A program made the position numbers and the translations under genes. Under the pieces are notes generated by a model. The model was not told the DNA's origin, did not search any database, and worked only from the letters and a program-made list of their open reading frames with translations. DNA of 61,973 nucleotides, the filler included, from Actinomycetota bacterium (lineage in GTDB: Bacteria; Actinomycetota; Actinomycetes; JAKEEW01), in the NCBI GenBank assembly GCA_046725875.1. It is 5 parts of 5 records of this genome, joined end to end, with 100 filler letters (N's around TTAATTAATTAA, not from the genome) between each part and the next. Parts side by side here need not be neighbours in the genome. Positions count along the whole stretch, not along the records: positions 10,394 to 29,119 come from JBKOZJ010000044.1; 4 more parts are not named here. The stretch is one strand, 5' to 3'. Positions 10,394 through 20,379 of this stretch are shown in pieces. The first letter of the stretch is position 1, and each line of letters opens with the position of its first letter.

Positions 10394-11000
10394 CGTGTGA
10401 TCGGGTTGGTGAGACGACGGGCGGGGCTGCCCATGATGAGCGTCGAGATCACGGTGTGTCTCAATGCCGCGGAGGGCAGGCTCAGCCGAAGCCCGGGTCG
10501 GCCTTGGCCGGTGAGCTTGGTGCGGCCGGTGAACGCGCCGGATTGGGTTCTCCCGCGGGCTAGGCCGGCGTGTTTGACCAGCGCCCGTGCGGTCGGGACC
10601 GCGCCGCCAGCTGCCCGAGGACACGCCGGCGGTGCCCGGTCGGCTCACACGCCACCGTCACCCCAGCGAAACCCGTCGCCACCGCCCGGGCGGCGGCCCA
10701 GTCCAACGCGATACCGAGCTCCCAGGCCCGGCAGCGGAACGTCCGGGCCAGTACCCGCGAGTCGTGGTCACAGACCACCACCGTCTGCTTGCGGTCGGCC
10801 AAATCGATCCCGACGATCGCGTTCTGCGTTGGCACAAGCGCCCGCAACCTGGCCAGTCGAGCGTTGCGGTTGCGATCCCCTCGAGATACGCCGCTAGCGT
10901 TGCCCATGAACGTCCTCCTCCTGCGCTGGGACACCAGGCCCCGACAAGCGCATCAGGAGGACGTTCCTACACCTCGAACCGACACGCAGAACGTCTTTCT
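10394..11000 (-). mobile_element. Internally deleted IS110-family element
   Basis: From ATG 10907: RuvC-like DEDD N-terminus (IVGIDLAD...ACEPTGH). Joined near 10595, in another frame, to the C-terminal piece ARALVKHAGLA...SGAFTGRTKLTGQGRPGLRL. Non-coding flanks on both sides; element ends approximate. Confidence 0.85.
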
Positions 11001-11033
11001 ATGCCGCCTTTGCGCGTTGGTCGGAGACGCACG

Positions 11034-11180
11034 CTACTGCCGCGGTGCGTGCGGTAGTGGACCGATCATGCAGTCGTATTCGCCGGCTGCCTCCGGCGTG
11101 TCGGGCACGCCGATCGGGTCCAAATTCCATGAGCAGATGACGTGCCTGGCGTTGATAATCCTGCGTCCGCTCGCGGTTTC
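11034..11180 (-). pseudogene. Frameshifted remnant of a small WDPIG...EYD-motif hypothetical protein
   Basis: RHLLME then a frameshift to DPIGVPDTPEAAGEYDCMIGPL; motif recalled from small conserved hypothetical proteins. Confidence 0.45.
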
Positions 11181-11280
11181 GGGGACTGCGCGGGTCCAAG
11201 GCACCAGGTTCGCTCGGCCGCTGCCCGCCGCTCGGCCGCCTTATTTCCCGCCGCACGGACGCCAGCCTCCACGCGATCCG

Positions 11281-12300
11281 TCATGGGTTCGGGATCAGTA
11301 TCAGCCTGCCCTGCACATCTGCACGCTCAACTCTCTGGTGGGCTGTGACCACCTCCTCCAGCGGCAGGCGCGCCGCGATAATCGGTTTGAGTTCACCGGC
11401 GGCGAGCAAGGCGAAAAGGCGCGCGAGATCGTCCCGGTACCAGTCAGGGTGCTTCTTCTTCGTCGGCCGCGTGTCATAGAACGCGGCGTGCTTCCGCTGT
11501 GGTGGCAATGACCACAGCCACAGCCGGACATATTGCGACAGGCCGTCCAGGACGGGATTACTGCCCCGCTTGGCCGCTTCATAATAGCCGTAGGCTACGA
11601 CGGTCCCGCCTTTGCGTACCGCCCTGGCCGAGCGCTTGAGATGTGTTGACCCCATCGGGTCAAAAGCCGCGTCCACGCCGGCACCCCCGGTGAGGGTTGC
11701 GATGCGTTCGACGAAGTCCTCGGCGCGATAGTCGATGGGGGTGGCCCCCAGGCGTTGCACGAGACCGTGTTTGGGCTTGGAGGCCGTGCCGTACATCTTT
11801 AGCCCGGCGAGGTGTCCCAGTTCGAGGAAGGCGGTACCCATGCCACCGGCTGCCCCGTGCACCAGGATCCGCTGACCCTCTGCAACATGTGCGACGCGGT
11901 GGAGCATCTGGTGGGCGGCGACGTAGTTGAGCACGAGTGTTACCGCCTCGCCGGGATCGACGCCCGCGGGCACGGGATGCAACTCCTGCACCGGCAGGAC
12001 GATGTACTGGCTGTAGCCCCCGTAGAGGGTAAGGGCCGCGACAGCCTGCCCGGCCTCCAGTCCCGAGGCGTTGGGGCCCAATTGCTCCACGACGCCGACA
12101 ATGGCGTAACCGGGAGTGAAAGGCGGCCGGGGACCGCCCGGATAGCGCCCGCGCCTGATGTTCACATCGGAGAACCCCACGTCGGCAGCCAGGATCTTGA
12201 CCAGTACCTGCCCGCTGGTTGGAGCAGGCAGCTCATCCTCGGCGATCTGCAGAACCTCGGGCCCCCCAGTGCGACGAACCACCACATGTCGGTATTTCAT
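11281..12300 (-). CDS. Medium-chain dehydrogenase/reductase (quinone oxidoreductase-like)
   Basis: GGPEVL, PFTPGY, ILVHGAAGGMG NAD(P)-binding motif; AAGGA RBS. Confidence 0.92.
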   Translation of the reverse strand: MKYRHVVVRRTGGPEVLQIAEDELPAPTSGQVLVKILAADVGFSDVNIRRGRYPGGPRPPFTPGYAIVGVVEQLGPNASGLEAGQAVAALTLYGGYSQYIVLPVQELHPVPAGVDPGEAVTLVLNYVAAHQMLHRVAHVAEGQRILVHGAAGGMGTAFLELGHLAGLKMYGTASKPKHGLVQRLGATPIDYRAEDFVERIATLTGGAGVDAAFDPMGSTHLKRSARAVRKGGTVVAYGYYEAAKRGSNPVLDGLSQYVRLWLWSLPPQRKHAAFYDTRPTKKKHPDWYRDDLARLFALLAAGELKPIIAARLPLEEVVTAHQRVERADVQGRLILIPNP

Positions 12301-12315
12301 GACTTGATCCTTCCC

Positions 12316-12620
12316 TTAGCTCGACCATTTCGGCACGGCCGGTTTTGGAGGCGAACTCGTCCTGTCTCGAGCAATTCTTTGAGTTCGGTTGTCTGGCACG
12401 GCTGAGCTGACCCTGGATGCGCCGATCCTCTTGAGCCACCGCGGCAGACCGGCGTCGAGCGTCCGGTCGCCGGTCAGCCTGGTGCCGCCGCCATGGGGCT
12501 CGAATGTGAACCTCATCTGGAAGTCTCGTGCGGGCGGAAGGGTCCGAACTGCTACCACTTGGTCCGGCTCGAAATCCGTCACCACGAACTGCTGGTGTCT
12601 TGCGGGGTAGTGAACGACGG
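12316..12620 (-). pseudogene. SRPBCC-family remnant (5' truncated, 3' frameshift)
   Basis: VVTDFEPDQVVAVRT...RFTFEPHGGGTRLT, with the C-terminal helix ELKELLETG in another frame; no start or RBS. Confidence 0.6.
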
Positions 12621-12634
12621 CCCCGCTGTGGCCG

Positions 12635-13162
12635 CTACGGGCCTACGATCTGTCCGGACGGCCGCATCACGTACCAGTACCCGCCGTCGTCGTTCTTGCC
12701 CTGGCCGGCTGCATGACCGGGAGATGCATCGCCGAGGTAGGTGTACAGCGGCCATCCGTGGTAGGTGATGACGCGGCCGCCGCCCGGATCCGGCGCCGTC
12801 CCCAGCAGGTCCGCGCGCACCCCGGCGCCGGCCGCAGCCGTCTCGCCAGCGTGCAGCTTCAGCGGTGGCCAGGCGGACGCGCAGCCGCCGGTGCAGGTAA
12901 CATGACGGGCTGCATCCAGCGGGAACGTGTACAGCGCGAACCCCTTGTTCGTGACCAGCACCGTGCCGTGACCATCGACCGCCTTCGACTCGACGGTCAC
13001 CTGGCCGTGGCCGGATGTGTACCGAACCACCGACACGTAGTGGACGTAGGCGTACGACCCGACGGCAGCGATGGCGGCAGCCAGGGCCGCCGCCCCGAGG
13101 ATGACCTTGTTGCGACGGCGAAGGCGCGGGCGGGTCGTCTGGGCGGTCTTGCTGGCGTTCAT
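12635..13162 (-). CDS. Secreted/membrane-anchored Y-X4-D repeat protein (COG4315-like)
   Basis: N-terminal TM helix, GFALYTFPLD, C.G.CASAWPP, TYHGWPLYTYLGD..PG...GQG...W; AAGGAG RBS. Confidence 0.85.
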   Translation of the reverse strand: MNASKTAQTTRPRLRRRNKVILGAAALAAAIAAVGSYAYVHYVSVVRYTSGHGQVTVESKAVDGHGTVLVTNKGFALYTFPLDAARHVTCTGGCASAWPPLKLHAGETAAAGAGVRADLLGTAPDPGGGRVITYHGWPLYTYLGDASPGHAAGQGKNDDGGYWYVMRPSGQIVGP

Positions 13163-13425
13163 CTCGTTCTCCTTCTGCTGGGCCGGCGCATTGGCGGTCT
13201 CCTAGCCTTTCGGCGCACCGGTTGGTTGGGCCGGCTGGTCCTGCACCGCGTCCAGGCGGGACCTCAGTACGCTTCCTCGGGGCGCGCCGCGGTTGTGTGC
13301 GGGTCACTGTGAGGGACGGTATGCGGCACCGGCCTGGCGGGCGTCACGCGAAAGTGCGGGCCAGGTGGAATATCCCGCGGCAGGCCCGGCACGAATGTGC
13401 GGCCGGAGCCGACCGAGCCACGCCG

Positions 13426-16218
13426 TTAGGGGATCAGGCCCAGTTCCCGGGCCCGGGTGACGGCTTCGGTGCGGTTGGCCGCGCCGAGTTTGTTCATGAT
13501 GTGGCTGACGTGCTTCTTGACGGTGTCGAGGGTGACCACGAGTTCCCCGGCGACGGCCTGGTTCGGCCTGCCCGCCGCCAGCAGCCCCAGCACCTCAAGC
13601 TCCCGGGAGGTCAGCGGCTCGACAATGCCAAGCACCGCGGCGGGAGTTGACCCGGTCACCGGTGCGGCCTGGCCGGCGTGCTCGGCGTCGAACGCCCGCC
13701 GGAGCCGGGCCAGGCAACCGAGCGGGACGCCGACGGCGGCCTGGCCGGACCGCTGAGCTGCGATCAGCCCGCCCAGCAGCGCCGCCATCGGCGGTCCTTC
13801 GTCGGCGAAGACCCTCACGTAGCCCTGCGGGCAGCCCAGGGTGAGCGCCCCGGCTAGGGCGTCCACCGCGGCGGTCTCCTCGCCGGCTGCAGCAAATGCG
13901 AGCGCCTGCAGTGCCTGGATCTCGATGACGCTGCCCGTGCGGTCTTGGCCGACGGCCGCCGCGCGCAGCGGGGCCAGCAGCGCGAGTGCCGGGCCGGGGC
14001 GGTCCTGGGCGAGCAGCACCCGGGCCAGCACCAGGTACTCCGGCTCCCGCGGGTAACCCGGCTTGTCGTCCGGGCCCAGGCCGCACTGCTGTGCCCAGCC
14101 GGCGGCCGCGGCAAGGTCGCCCTGAGCCAGCTGCAGCCGGGCCCGCTGCGCCGGGACCGGGTGGAGCAGGCCGGCCACGCCCGAGCCCGGCGCCGCCTGT
14201 CCGGCCTCTTCCATCGCCTCCCGGGCGCCGGCCGCGTCGCCCTGGGCTTGCCGGATCCATGCCAGCGTGGCCAGGCCGGTGGCCAGCGGCTGGGTGAAGT
14301 TCATCTGGCGGCACGCCTCGATTCCCTCGCTGACGTGCCGGAGGGCCGTGTCGAGCTCGTTCCGCTGGTAGGCCACCTCGGCCAGGCCCACGTATGCGAT
14401 GCCCGCGGCGGGCAGGGCAGTCCGGCTGGTCGCTGCGGCGACCTCGAGCGCCTGCCGGTAGGTGCCGGCCGCGGTGTCCAGGCGGCCCTGGGCCCGCTGG
14501 ACCTGGCCGAGGTCCTGGTAGCCCCACGCGGTCATCGCAGGCTGGCCGGCCGCCCGCCCCTGGGCAATGCTCGACGACAGCGCGCGCTCGGCCTCTGCAA
14601 GCCGGCCGCGCAACCACTCGGCCACGCCCAGGTACCCGTTGGCGTGGGATGCCAGCACCCACTCGCCCTCGCCGACCTCGGCAAGGGTCCGGCAGCCGAA
14701 TGTGATCGCGCGTTCGGCGTCGCCATGGAGCACGGCGAGGAGGGCGCGCCCGAGCGCGATCGCCGCGGGCACGTTGGCCAGGTGGCTCGCGGCCCGGCCG
14801 ACAGAAGGCTCGAACGGCTCATCGGCCACGCCCGGAGCGCCTGTCAGCGCGCGCTCGGCGGCATCCAGCGCGACCTCGGCCGCCTCCACGCGGTGGCTGA
14901 GGAGAGCCAGGCGCGCCTGCGCCAGCAGCAGCCGCGGCCGCGAGCCGCCCAGCCCGGCGGGCAGCACCGCAAGCCACCGCTGCAGGGTCGCGCCCTCGCT
15001 GCGCAGGAGAAACGCATCCGCGTGCCGCTCGATCAGCCGCGCCGCCCAGGCCGGTTCCGCGGCGGCCAGGGCGTGGCGCACGGCGTCGTCGGCGAGGCCA
15101 TCCTCCTCACACCAGGCGGCCGCGGCCCGGTGAAGGCCCGCAACCCGGCCGGGCCGTTGCTGCTGCAGGCGGGCGCGGAGCAGGTTGGCGAACAGGGGGT
15201 GGTAGCGCCACCAGCCGCGCACCTCGTCCAGCGGCACCAGGAACAGGCCGGCCCGCTCCACCTGCTCCAGCATCGCCTGGCTATCGGTGCGGCCGGTGAC
15301 CGCATCACACAGCCCTCCAGACAGGCGTTCCAGCACCGAGGTTTCCAGCAGGAAGGTGCGCAGCTCCTCTTGCTGGCGGTCCAGCACTTCCTCGGCCAGG
15401 TAGTCCAGGACATAGCGGTGGCTGCCGCTGAACGCTGCCACGAACCCGGCGGGATCCGCCTGCCCTGCCAATGAAAGGGCGGCCAGCTGCAGGCCGGCCA
15501 CCCAGCCTTCGGTGCGGGCCGCCAGCGCCGCCACCGCCGCGGCGGGCAGGTCAGCACCAGCCGATTCGCGGAGTAGCGCCGCCGCCTCCTCTGCGCTGAA
15601 CCGCAGGTCGGCGGCGCGCAGCTCGGCCAGCTGCCGGCCGGCCCGCAGCCGCGCCAGCGGCAGCGGCGGGTCGGAACGGCTGGCCAGCACCGGGTGCAGT
15701 CCCGGCGGCAGATGCTCGAGCAGGAACGCCAGCGACGCGTGCACCTGCTGGGCGTCGATCAGGTGGTAGTCGTCGAGGACCAGCAGCACCTCGCCGTCGC
15801 CGGGCTGGGCGGCCAGCTCGTTGATCAGCGCCGTCACCAGCCCATCGAACGATGCCGGCGCCGACGGCCCGAGCAGCGGGCCGACTCTCTCCCCGATCCC
15901 TGGGTGCGCGCGGTCCAGCGCGGCCACCATGTGACGCCAGAACCGCACCGGGTCGTTGTCACCAGCGTCCAGCGACAGCCAGGCCACCGGCCGGTTGCCA
16001 GACGGGGCCCAGTCGGCCAGCAGGGCCGTCTTGCCGGACCCGGCCGGGGCACACACCAGGATCAGCCGCCGCGCTAGCCCCTCATCGAGCGCCTCCACCA
16101 GGCGCGGACGGGGTACGAAACCCGGCTGCGGGCGGGGCACGTGCAGCTTGGTGGCCAGCAGGACATCCTGCCCGGAGACGGCGGCCCCACCCGGGGCCGC
16201 CGCAGACGGCTCAGCCAT
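13426..16218 (-). CDS. MalT-like LuxR-family ATP-dependent transcriptional regulator
   Basis: LATKLHVP, Walker A APAGSGKT, Walker B LVLDDYH, TPR-like region, C-terminal LTSRELEVL LuxR HTH. Confidence 0.95.
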   Translation of the reverse strand: MAEPSAAAPGGAAVSGQDVLLATKLHVPRPQPGFVPRPRLVEALDEGLARRLILVCAPAGSGKTALLADWAPSGNRPVAWLSLDAGDNDPVRFWRHMVAALDRAHPGIGERVGPLLGPSAPASFDGLVTALINELAAQPGDGEVLLVLDDYHLIDAQQVHASLAFLLEHLPPGLHPVLASRSDPPLPLARLRAGRQLAELRAADLRFSAEEAAALLRESAGADLPAAAVAALAARTEGWVAGLQLAALSLAGQADPAGFVAAFSGSHRYVLDYLAEEVLDRQQEELRTFLLETSVLERLSGGLCDAVTGRTDSQAMLEQVERAGLFLVPLDEVRGWWRYHPLFANLLRARLQQQRPGRVAGLHRAAAAWCEEDGLADDAVRHALAAAEPAWAARLIERHADAFLLRSEGATLQRWLAVLPAGLGGSRPRLLLAQARLALLSHRVEAAEVALDAAERALTGAPGVADEPFEPSVGRAASHLANVPAAIALGRALLAVLHGDAERAITFGCRTLAEVGEGEWVLASHANGYLGVAEWLRGRLAEAERALSSSIAQGRAAGQPAMTAWGYQDLGQVQRAQGRLDTAAGTYRQALEVAAATSRTALPAAGIAYVGLAEVAYQRNELDTALRHVSEGIEACRQMNFTQPLATGLATLAWIRQAQGDAAGAREAMEEAGQAAPGSGVAGLLHPVPAQRARLQLAQGDLAAAAGWAQQCGLGPDDKPGYPREPEYLVLARVLLAQDRPGPALALLAPLRAAAVGQDRTGSVIEIQALQALAFAAAGEETAAVDALAGALTLGCPQGYVRVFADEGPPMAALLGGLIAAQRSGQAAVGVPLGCLARLRRAFDAEHAGQAAPVTGSTPAAVLGIVEPLTSRELEVLGLLAAGRPNQAVAGELVVTLDTVKKHVSHIMNKLGAANRTEAVTRARELGLIP

Positions 16219-16713
16219 CAGCGACCCACCCCTCAGCGCGCCCGGCGACAGCCGGCTTCGCCGACAGGTGAACCCATTGTAAGCCCGGCTCGACTGGCCA
16301 GCCGGGCCGGCCGTGGGTGCGGCTATCAGCCCAAACCGGCCGCCGTCTCGCTCCTGTCGCCGGCCGTGTCCGCGCCCGATCGCAGCCGACCAGGCACCAG
16401 CGCGGACCGGGTTCGCGTAAACAGAGCACCGAACGGCGACAGATCACCCATGTCTGCGCTCATCGGGCGGTGCCGTCACCCGCCAATAAGGCGCGCGATA
16501 TCGGCGGTTACGTGCGTGCCGTCAGGAGTGCCCTGTCCTCCGCCGATCCAGGTTCCGCCTCCGCGTCGGCCTGCGATGTCGCATTACTATGCACCATGCC
16601 GGGCACGGCGACCGTCCGGATCTGCCACTCTCCGCGCGCATCGGCGCTCCTCGGCGGCGCAACGGGTCTGGAACTCGCGCCGCCATCGAGGGCGACTATC
16701 GCAGGAGCCAACA

Positions 16714-16992
16714 CTCAGCGCCGGCAGCTTGGTGATGACCCCGAACATCGGGGAGGACTTCGTCATCTGGCAGCCGCCCACTGGCGGCGATAGAGCGCTG
16801 GGAATGGTTGGTTTCTCGATCTTTCCGCACCTGGATCACGAGGATATGCCGGACAACTCCATGGCCAACGCAGAGAGATGGGCGGCCGGCATCCCAGGTC
16901 CGGCGCACGCGATCGACGATGACACCGACATCAACGTGACCGACGGCACCGTCGAAGTCGTCTCCGAGGGGGCACTAGAGGCTCTTTCCCTC
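16714..16992 (+). pseudogene. Peptidase E (S51 / class I glutamine amidotransferase-like) C-terminal remnant
   Basis: SAGSLVMTPNIG...FSIFPHLDH...AIDDDT...VEVVSEG; N-terminal half missing. Confidence 0.75.
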
Positions 16993-17129
16993 CTAGCCGC
17001 CGACGCCAACCGCGAGGGAGCGAGGCGCCTTCTCATCCGCGCTCAGCGTTCGGGGAGGAGACCGGCCTCCCGAAGGTCCGCGAGCGACCGGTAACCGTCC
17101 GGTCCGTCGATGTCAATCACGTCGAAGCG

Positions 17130-17420
17130 GCGCCCGGTGGCGAGCTCCGAGGCTTCCCTAGGAGGGCCCAGGCGTGCGGCGCGGCCGCGTCGTGAGGCGC
17201 CGCTCTTTCGGTCGAGGGACTGCAGGAGCTCGTGTGCTGCAAGCTCGATCTCCTTGTGCCGCCACTCGGCGGCACAATAGTGGCAGGCGATCAGACCGAT
17301 CCGGTGCAGACGGCGGAAGTCGCCATAGACAAACGTGTAGCGCGCCTTCGTCTCCTCGGGCGGGCCCTTAGTAAGGCCGAGGTGCCAGGCGGCGTACTCC
17401 TGCCAGGAGCGGTCGCGCTT
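17130..17420 (-). pseudogene. C-terminal remnant of a conserved actinobacterial hypothetical protein
   Basis: SWQEYAAWHLGLT...TKARYTFVYGDFRRLHRIGLIAC...WRHKEIELAAHELLQ reads as a real protein but has no start; it abuts the cupin stop. Confidence 0.55.
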
Positions 17421-17430
17421 GGTCAGGCCG

Positions 17431-17901
17431 TCAGAGGCCTGCGCACGTGCCCGGGTCCGCCACGTCAATTCTCGGCGAGGCGCCCTGAGGCACACGCGGG
17501 AAGGTGACGAAAAGGATGTATGGGATCGTGCCTGTATTGACGACCTGATCCACTTCGCCGGGTCGCTCGATGAACGCCTGCCCCGCGCTGTACGTGGTGA
17601 TCTGGCACTGGCTACCGATCGCTCGGTAAACGGTGAGTTCACCCTGCTTGACGATGATGATCGCGCCTCCCGGATGCGAGTGCCAGCCAGAGGAGCCACC
17701 CGGCTCGACCGTGATCTGTGCCATGGCGACGTCCGTTCCGAACTGAAGCGGGATGGTCCCATGTGACACGTCAGTCCCGCGCGCCAACGGGACGTTCGTC
17801 AGCCCCGATGGCGGCGTGGCCCCGCTAGGTGCGATGGTCACTGCCGCGACCACTCCGGCGAGTCCTACGCTCAGCAGCACCCATCTTGCGGCTTTTTTCA
17901 T
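17431..17901 (-). CDS. Secreted cupin-domain protein
   Basis: Signal peptide MKKAARWVLL..., cupin motif PGGSSGWHSHPG...VKQGEL; GGAGG RBS. Confidence 0.85.
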   Translation of the reverse strand: MKKAARWVLLSVGLAGVVAAVTIAPSGATPPSGLTNVPLARGTDVSHGTIPLQFGTDVAMAQITVEPGGSSGWHSHPGGAIIIVKQGELTVYRAIGSQCQITTYSAGQAFIERPGEVDQVVNTGTIPYILFVTFPRVPQGASPRIDVADPGTCAGL

Positions 17902-18300
17902 GGCTCCCCCCTCCTGACCTTCGTCCATGACCTTGGCGATGTCGCGAGCGCCGAGACGCTAAATGATGCTCCTCCGTACCGGACCCATTGCCAAGGGATC
18001 AGGTCCATGTCGGAACTACGTCTAGAAAGCTTCCCGCTGCCGTGATCACGCCTTGCGCTCCTCGTCGATCAGGAGCCGCAGCGAGCGAGCCGCCAATGCC
18101 GGCGATGGCCACCAAAGCTGTCGCGTCCATGCAAGGTCATTGCGCGGCGTGCCGATCGTTCTGGTCAGCGATTCGGGAGAAGACGCAAAGATCCCCGCGG
18201 GTTGACGCCCCCGCGGGGACGGCAGCCTTCGAGCGGTGAAGAGTCGAATCGTCCCTGCGGCCCGAGATCGCGACCGCGGACGCGTTGATCGTGGCATCGA

Positions 18301-18432
18301 TGGACCGTGAGTTCGAAATTGATCAGCTCGTACGAAGATAATTGGACCGTCAGGTCGACAAAACCCACTGTTTCGTCGACCTGACGGTCCAACGATCTTC
18401 GGTTTGACGCCGATTTTCTATGCAACGGTCCA
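18301..18432. repeat. Long palindromic element
   Basis: Perfect 18-bp inverted repeat at 18342-18359/18375-18392, extendable to 18333-18401, plus outer TGGACCGT/ACGGTCCA boxes at 18301 and 18425. Confidence 0.85.
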
Positions 18433-18486
18433 CCGTTTGTTGGCATCGTCAGTCTCGACGATGAGCCTGCGGGGTCGGGCGATCCG

Positions 18487-19043
18487 CTAGGTCGAGGCTT
18501 CGACGTTGCCGCCGTACTTCAGCTCGTCGATTGCCCCTTCAGCACCGCCGGCGCCGACGACCGTATGCAGTTCGTCAATGAAGACGACCAGGTCCTCGCC
18601 GTGGGCCCGGATTTCGTCATCACATTCTTGAGCTGTTCTTCGAGCTCGCCGCGGAGCTTGGCGGAGCTTGGTGCCCGCCACCATTCCGGCAAGGTCCACC
18701 TGTACGACCCCCTGTTCCGCAGCGTTTGCGGGACGTCCCCATCCACGACGCGCTGGGCCAGCCCTTCGACGATCGCAGTCTTCCCAACACCGGGCTCACC
18801 GAGCAGGACCGGGTTGTTCTTGGTCCGCCGGGACAGGACCTCGATCGTCTGAGCGATCTCGTCGTCGCGGCCGATCACCGGGTCGATACCGCCGTCGCGG
18901 GCCAGTGCGGTCGAGTCACGACCGTACTGATCAATGGTCGGCGCGGTGCTCGGCGGTTGCCGCGTGCCGAGCGGCTCGGCCGCGCCCACCGTCTCGGCAC
19001 CGAGGGACTGGGCGGTGATCCGCGCGTACTCGCCGGCAGTCAT
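18487..19043 (-). pseudogene. ClpC/ClpB-type AAA+ ATPase remnant (first nucleotide-binding domain, frameshifted)
   Basis: [39 protein letters not shown], then [10 protein letters not shown] and [13 protein letters not shown] in shifted frames; remainder absent. Confidence 0.88.
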
Positions 19044-19219
19044 CTCGTCGCCTCCCCGGCTTGCGCCAGTTCCACCACCTTGGGTGGCGCGGGTACCCGG
19101 CCAGCTCGCGACCGTAACCCCTAGCGATGCCTTGGCGGCGAGCTTCAGCCGGATTACCGGTATGCCCTGCCGCGTTACAGAGATCCGGTGGATACGCGCC
19201 CGGGGAAGGAGGTGATTTC

Positions 19220-19834
19220 ATGCGCTACACAGGACCGAAGGTTCGGCTGTCACGACGTGTTGGTGCGAGTCTGACCCCGAAGGCGACGCGGTATTTCGAG
19301 CGTCGACCGTATGGCCCGGGTATGCACGGACGGAAGAAGAACCGATCCCGAGCCGGTGACTACGAGGTCCGGCTGCGCGAGAAGCAGAAGCTGCGCTTCC
19401 TGTACGACCTGTCGGAGAAGCAGCTGCGGCGGGCTTTGGCGACCGCCCAACGGCACGCCGGTCGGACCGGCGACGAGCTGGTTGCCGATCTGGAAAGTCG
19501 GCTGGTCTCGGTTGTCTACCGGGCCGGGCTCGCGCCGTCGATCTATGCGGCGCGGCAGTACGTCTCGCACGGCCACCTCACTGTGGACGGCAAGAAGGTG
19601 GACCGGCCAAGCTTCCGAGTGCGGCCCGGCCAGGTCGTGGCGGTCGCTGACGCATCGCGATCGTTGCTGCCGTTCGTGATTGCCGCCGAAGGCACCTACG
19701 CTTCCGGCCCGCCCCCCACCTACCTCGAGGTAGAGCTGCCGGAGCTGCGCGCCAGGTTGCTGCACCGCCCGCCTCGGCCGGCCGTTCCCGTCGACATCGA
19801 CGAGAAGCTGGTCGTCGAGCACTACTCGCGCTGA
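19220..19834 (+). CDS. rpsD: 30S ribosomal protein S4, stand-alone Cys-free copy
   Basis: MRYTGPKVRLSRR, RRPYGPGMHG, LREKQKLR, AARQYVSHGH, VEHYSR; strong SD AAGGAGGTGA; not in the rpsM-rpsK-rpoA operon. Confidence 0.93.
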   Translation: MRYTGPKVRLSRRVGASLTPKATRYFERRPYGPGMHGRKKNRSRAGDYEVRLREKQKLRFLYDLSEKQLRRALATAQRHAGRTGDELVADLESRLVSVVYRAGLAPSIYAARQYVSHGHLTVDGKKVDRPSFRVRPGQVVAVADASRSLLPFVIAAEGTYASGPPPTYLEVELPELRARLLHRPPRPAVPVDIDEKLVVEHYSR

Positions 19835-20001
19835 GGTTCGCCGACGCTCCTCCGCTCGTGACACCGAGGGTTCGGCTAGGTCACATCCTGACCAATGGCG
19901 GCTCGGCGGAGGGTTGGCGATTTACCGGATGCTGAGGGCCGGGGAACTCCTTTCGAAGATGCCTAGCGAGTCCAAGATCCGCCCTAGATGGGCAGCCGCC
20001 A

Positions 20002-20304
20002 TCATTCGGCACCGACTGATTTCGCGGCCTGGTCGATGCGGTGGGCCAGCTCTGTGTCGTACTTCGTGACGCCACTCGAGACGTGCGTGCGCAGGACGAA
20101 CCGCACCCGCCGCCAGCGGATGTCCATGTCGGGGTGGTGGTTCATCTCCTCGGCGGCGTCGGCCACGAGCGTCACGAGCCGGATCGCGGTCGGGAAATCC
20201 GAAGCCGTGAGCACGCGTTCGAGGCGCTCTGGGTCGCCGCTCCAGCCCGGTAGCTCTCGGAGGGCTTCCCGGACCTCCTCCTCGGTGAGGACGCGCGGTG
20301 GCAC
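20002..20304 (-). CDS. phhB: Pterin-4a-carbinolamine dehydratase
   Basis: AEEMNHHPDMDIRW and LRTH..GVT..D motifs. Confidence 0.9.
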   Translation of the reverse strand: MPPRVLTEEEVREALRELPGWSGDPERLERVLTASDFPTAIRLVTLVADAAEEMNHHPDMDIRWRRVRFVLRTHVSSGVTKYDTELAHRIDQAAKSVGAE

Positions 20305-20379
20305 GGTGCCACCCTACGGCTCAGCCGCTGCAGGCCGCAGCCCGCCGCTCAGCGCCTCTAGGCGGGGTCTAGGCGGGGC

